This document shows positions 27,117 to 29,835 of a DNA stretch of 29,835 nt, piece after piece. Both the position numbers and the translations under genes were made by a program. A model generated the notes under the pieces. That model did no database searches. It was given only the letters and a program-made list of their open reading frames with translations, and was not told the origin of the DNA. Numbering within the stretch: position 1 is the first letter of the stretch; each line of letters begins with the position of its first letter. The DNA is from a virus. Lineage: Duplodnaviria; Caudoviricetes. Location of the stretch: positions 1-29,835 of the IMG/VR virus record IMGVR_UViG_3300032218_001740. One strand, 5' to 3'.

Positions 27117-28172
27117 ATGAGCAAAACAATCCAAGAGCTCCTCTCGGGTCTCCCAGCTTGGGAAGCCGCGCTGGCCGAAGACGGACACATTGACGAGAAC
27201 AACAGAGTAACAATTAAGGAAGCATTTGCATCGTCAGACGCAGCTGCCCTTTTCCCTAAAGTTATTTCGCGTACTCTTAGAGAAGCAGCAGAACCACAAT
27301 TATTGGTTACGCCACTTCTTTCAACAGTCCGTTTAGGAAAAGGACGCTCTTTGGAGTTTCCTGCAGTAAACGCAATTCAAGCTGCTGAGATCCCAGAAGG
27401 ACAAGAATATCCAGAGCAGGCATTAGCCTTCGCAAAGCAGATTGAGGGTAAGGTATCCAAAAAGGGTGTCAAGCTTTCATTCACTGAAGAAGTCATTGCC
27501 GACTCATTGTGGGACATTGTAGGTCTCCATGTAAGAGCTGCAGGACGTGCCATGGCCCGTCTTAAGGAGCAGATTGCATTGAGCCGTTTCAAGGATGCTG
27601 CAACTATCGTTTTTGACAACGATGACGCAGCATACGATGACACAACCGGTCTTGGTATCGATGGCGCAGCCAACGACACCATTCGCTGGGACGATGTTAT
27701 CGACATGGCAGCAGTGCTAATGGCTGAAAGACATATTCCTACAGACTTTATACTTCACCCATTGATGTGGTCAGTGTTCCTTAAGGACGCCGTCTTCCAC
27801 ATGGGTGGTGCAGCATCAGCAGTTAATACCAGCTGGGGATACCGTCCTGCTAACGCAGACGCAGCACTTCAAGCAAGTGCCCCAATGGGATTGAATGTAA
27901 TTGTTTCACCTTTCGTAAGCTTCACTGCTAAGAGTGGTGCAACCCCAGCTAAGTCAGATCTTTTCTTGATCGACCGCAATGAGGTTGGAACTATTCTTGT
28001 CAAGGATGACATGAGCACAGATCAGTTCGATGATCCTAGCCGTGACATTCGTCAGATGAAGATGAAAGAGCGTTATGATATCGTAATGCTTGGTGACGGT
28101 GAGGGTATCACAGTTGCTAAGAACGTTAATCTCGCTCGCAACTACGAGGTTGGTGTGGTTAACACCATCTAA
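27117..28172 (+). CDS. Major capsid protein (HK97-like fold)
   Basis: AGGAGG RBS; 351 aa; AAEIPEGQEYP, KKGVKLSFTEEVIADS, PTDFILHP; strong terminator follows. Confidence 0.88.
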   Translation: MSKTIQELLSGLPAWEAALAEDGHIDENNRVTIKEAFASSDAAALFPKVISRTLREAAEPQLLVTPLLSTVRLGKGRSLEFPAVNAIQAAEIPEGQEYPEQALAFAKQIEGKVSKKGVKLSFTEEVIADSLWDIVGLHVRAAGRAMARLKEQIALSRFKDAATIVFDNDDAAYDDTTGLGIDGAANDTIRWDDVIDMAAVLMAERHIPTDFILHPLMWSVFLKDAVFHMGGAASAVNTSWGYRPANADAALQASAPMGLNVIVSPFVSFTAKSGATPAKSDLFLIDRNEVGTILVKDDMSTDQFDDPSRDIRQMKMKERYDIVMLGDGEGITVAKNVNLARNYEVGVVNTI

Positions 28173-28205
28173 TCTTAGGAAAGTTATAGTTACGACTAAC
28201 CTAAT

Positions 28206-28245
28206 GGCAGGGGAGTGGCTTTCGAGCCACTCCTCTGTTGTTATT
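28206..28245 (+). terminator. Intrinsic terminator after the MCP gene
   Basis: GGCAGGGGAGTGGCT-TTCG-AGCCACTCCTCTGTT hairpin with UUCG loop, followed by GTTATT. Confidence 0.8.
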
Positions 28246-28297
28246 ACGGACTTAATTCGTTACTATCTAAGATGAATATTATAAACAGGAGATAGAT

Positions 28298-29068
28298 GTG
28301 TCACTTCCTTTGATTGAATACGCTATTGTCGATAACAATATGGTTGTTATTAGATTTGGTAAGACCATAAAAATTTCTAGTCTTACAAACGCTAACTTTG
28401 TAGTCCAGACAACCGATGCAACGCCTTCTAGTTTGGCTCATCCATTTTTGCAAATAAATACAATTGCAGATTATAATCAAATTTCAAGAACACTAAAGCT
28501 ATACTGGGATGCAGTTAGGCAGTCTGGCAAAGAATATAAAATTAGACTAATAAACTTCCTTGACGCAGCTAATGAGTCTATTACCGAAGAACAAATAGTA
28601 TTTACTCAAGCAGAGTCAGCAACTCCATCTGATTTTAATTCTTATACCGTTCCCTTGGTTCAAGAGTTGTTGATAGAAGATCACTCTGTTAGGACAGATG
28701 CTTTCACTACGGTTCAAATTCTTGCTAAAAATCCAAGATTTTACATAACTAGTATTGATCCTCAAAATGGAGAATTTTATTTAGACAATGCATATAACAA
28801 TGGAAGAGTGATTATATCCTTTAGTTCCAGGCCTGCAAGCAACTTTTTGAATAATTCATATTTTAAAGTTCAAAGAAAAAAAATTCAGTCTCACCCAATA
28901 AGATGGGAGAATCTATCTGCCAATGTTTCAATGCATTCATGGAAGGCAGAAGTTTACATTGACTTCCCATCTCTTGATGCTACACCATCATATTATTCAG
29001 ATGGCTCTGACTATTTTGAGACAGGATACAAGTACAGGATCATAGTCTCTAAAGATATAGGAATTTAA
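28298..29068 (+). CDS. Virion protein with Ig-like beta-sandwich character
   Basis: AGGAG RBS with GTG start; VVIRFGKTI...L...NF, and GKEYKI / GYKYRI motifs typical of Ig-like domains. Confidence 0.6.
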   Translation: MSLPLIEYAIVDNNMVVIRFGKTIKISSLTNANFVVQTTDATPSSLAHPFLQINTIADYNQISRTLKLYWDAVRQSGKEYKIRLINFLDAANESITEEQIVFTQAESATPSDFNSYTVPLVQELLIEDHSVRTDAFTTVQILAKNPRFYITSIDPQNGEFYLDNAYNNGRVIISFSSRPASNFLNNSYFKVQRKKIQSHPIRWENLSANVSMHSWKAEVYIDFPSLDATPSYYSDGSDYFETGYKYRIIVSKDIGI

Positions 29069-29069
29069 A

Positions 29070-29480
29070 ATGGCTAACTTTATATATGGAAAAGCAAAAG
29101 AATCTTTATTAAATGGTCAATTTAATATTTCTTCTGATTCATTAAAAGTTCTTTTAGTCACAGACTCTTATGTTCCGAATCAAAATACTGATCAGTTTGT
29201 TTCTAACATTTCTAGTTCTTACATAAAACAAAGAACTTCTTCGTTAACAAACGTGACAAATATTCTAGGAGTTATAGATGCTGACGACATATCAGTCAGT
29301 AGTTATACCGGATCTGCATTTAAAGCTTTAGTAATCTATAAAGATTCTGGCACTGATTCAACATCTAGACTTTTAGCTTATATAGATACTGCAACTGGCA
29401 TACCTTTTTTAGGAATAAATGCAACAACAGACATTACTATAAACTGGAGCAATGGCTCAAATAGAATTATATCCTTATAA
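29070..29480 (+). CDS. Putative virion structural protein
   Basis: MANFIYGKAKESLL...SDSLKVLLV...LLAYID...DITINW resembles a widespread small phage tail-region family (recognised by eye). Confidence 0.65.
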   Translation: MANFIYGKAKESLLNGQFNISSDSLKVLLVTDSYVPNQNTDQFVSNISSSYIKQRTSSLTNVTNILGVIDADDISVSSYTGSAFKALVIYKDSGTDSTSRLLAYIDTATGIPFLGINATTDITINWSNGSNRIISL

Positions 29481-29491
29481 AGGCACACAAT

Positions 29492-29809
29492 ATGGCAACT
29501 AGTTATCCAAGTTCTTTAGACAACTTTATAAATCCTACAGCAACAGATAGTTTAAGTTCTGGAGTAGTCCCTCACTCGGAGCAACACTCAAACCTTAATG
29601 ACGCACTAGAAGCAGTGCAAACTGTTCTTGGAATCCTTCCAGCTGGAAGTTTTTTAACAATTAAAGACAGAATTGCTGCATACGAGGCTTTATCTGGATT
29701 AAAAGACGTTACTATAACATCTGTTGCTGATGGTGACGTATTAAGATACAACGGATCAAAATGGTCCAATCATGGCGAAAAAAATCTTACCGATGGAGGA
29801 AATTATTAA
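29492..29809 (+). CDS. Small fibre-like virion protein
   Basis: MATSYPSSLD N-terminus; LSGLKDVTITSVADGDVLRYNGSKWSN tail-fibre repeat; DGGNY end. Confidence 0.65.
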   Translation: MATSYPSSLDNFINPTATDSLSSGVVPHSEQHSNLNDALEAVQTVLGILPAGSFLTIKDRIAAYEALSGLKDVTITSVADGDVLRYNGSKWSNHGEKNLTDGGNY

Positions 29810-29810
29810 A

Positions 29811-29835
29811 ATGGCTAATACAATTAGAATTAAAA
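29811..29835 (+). CDS. Start of a probable fibre protein (truncated by window)
   Basis: ATG 29811 MANTIRIK, a typical fibre N-terminus; follows the previous stop directly. Confidence 0.5.

Noticed and set aside
3595-29769. Numerous antisense or shadow ORFs in the track (e.g. 3595..4011, 4290..4694, 8390..8800, 13536..13991, 25474..25824, 27377..27706)
   Set aside because: They lie opposite or within well-supported genes and lack RBS or motifs.
1-29835. Stop-codon reassignment (alternative genetic code)
   Set aside because: Long ORFs are intact under the standard code, and TAA, TAG and TGA all terminate genes at tight junctions. The gene breaks are frame changes, not in-frame stops.

Overview
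Fragment of a large, AT-rich tailed dsDNA phage genome; the host cannot be determined from the sequence. Bases 1-~970 hold GC-richer leftward genes with a duplicated structured leader. A repeat-rich intergenic junction (~970-1290) follows, then small genes, recA and a ClpB-D2-type AAA+ ATPase. The rest is a long rightward morphogenesis region: Gly/Ala-rich putative ejection proteins, a 1218-aa protein with a DEDDh exonuclease domain, terminase large subunit, tail/fibre proteins, portal, a GT-A glycosyltransferase, prohead protease/scaffold, a capsid-associated protein, major capsid protein and further virion proteins. Top observation 1: four genes, including the prohead protease and tail fibre, are each split by a +1 frameshift. 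In all four the narrow shift window contains a zero-frame CGG codon overlapping a +1-frame GGN (Gly) codon, while in-frame CGG is almost absent elsewhere. This is a candidate CGG-triggered +1 recoding system, unless it is a systematic sequencing error. Top observation 2: a Dps (mini-ferritin) domain with intact ferroxidase ligands is embedded in the prohead protease-scaffold polyprotein.
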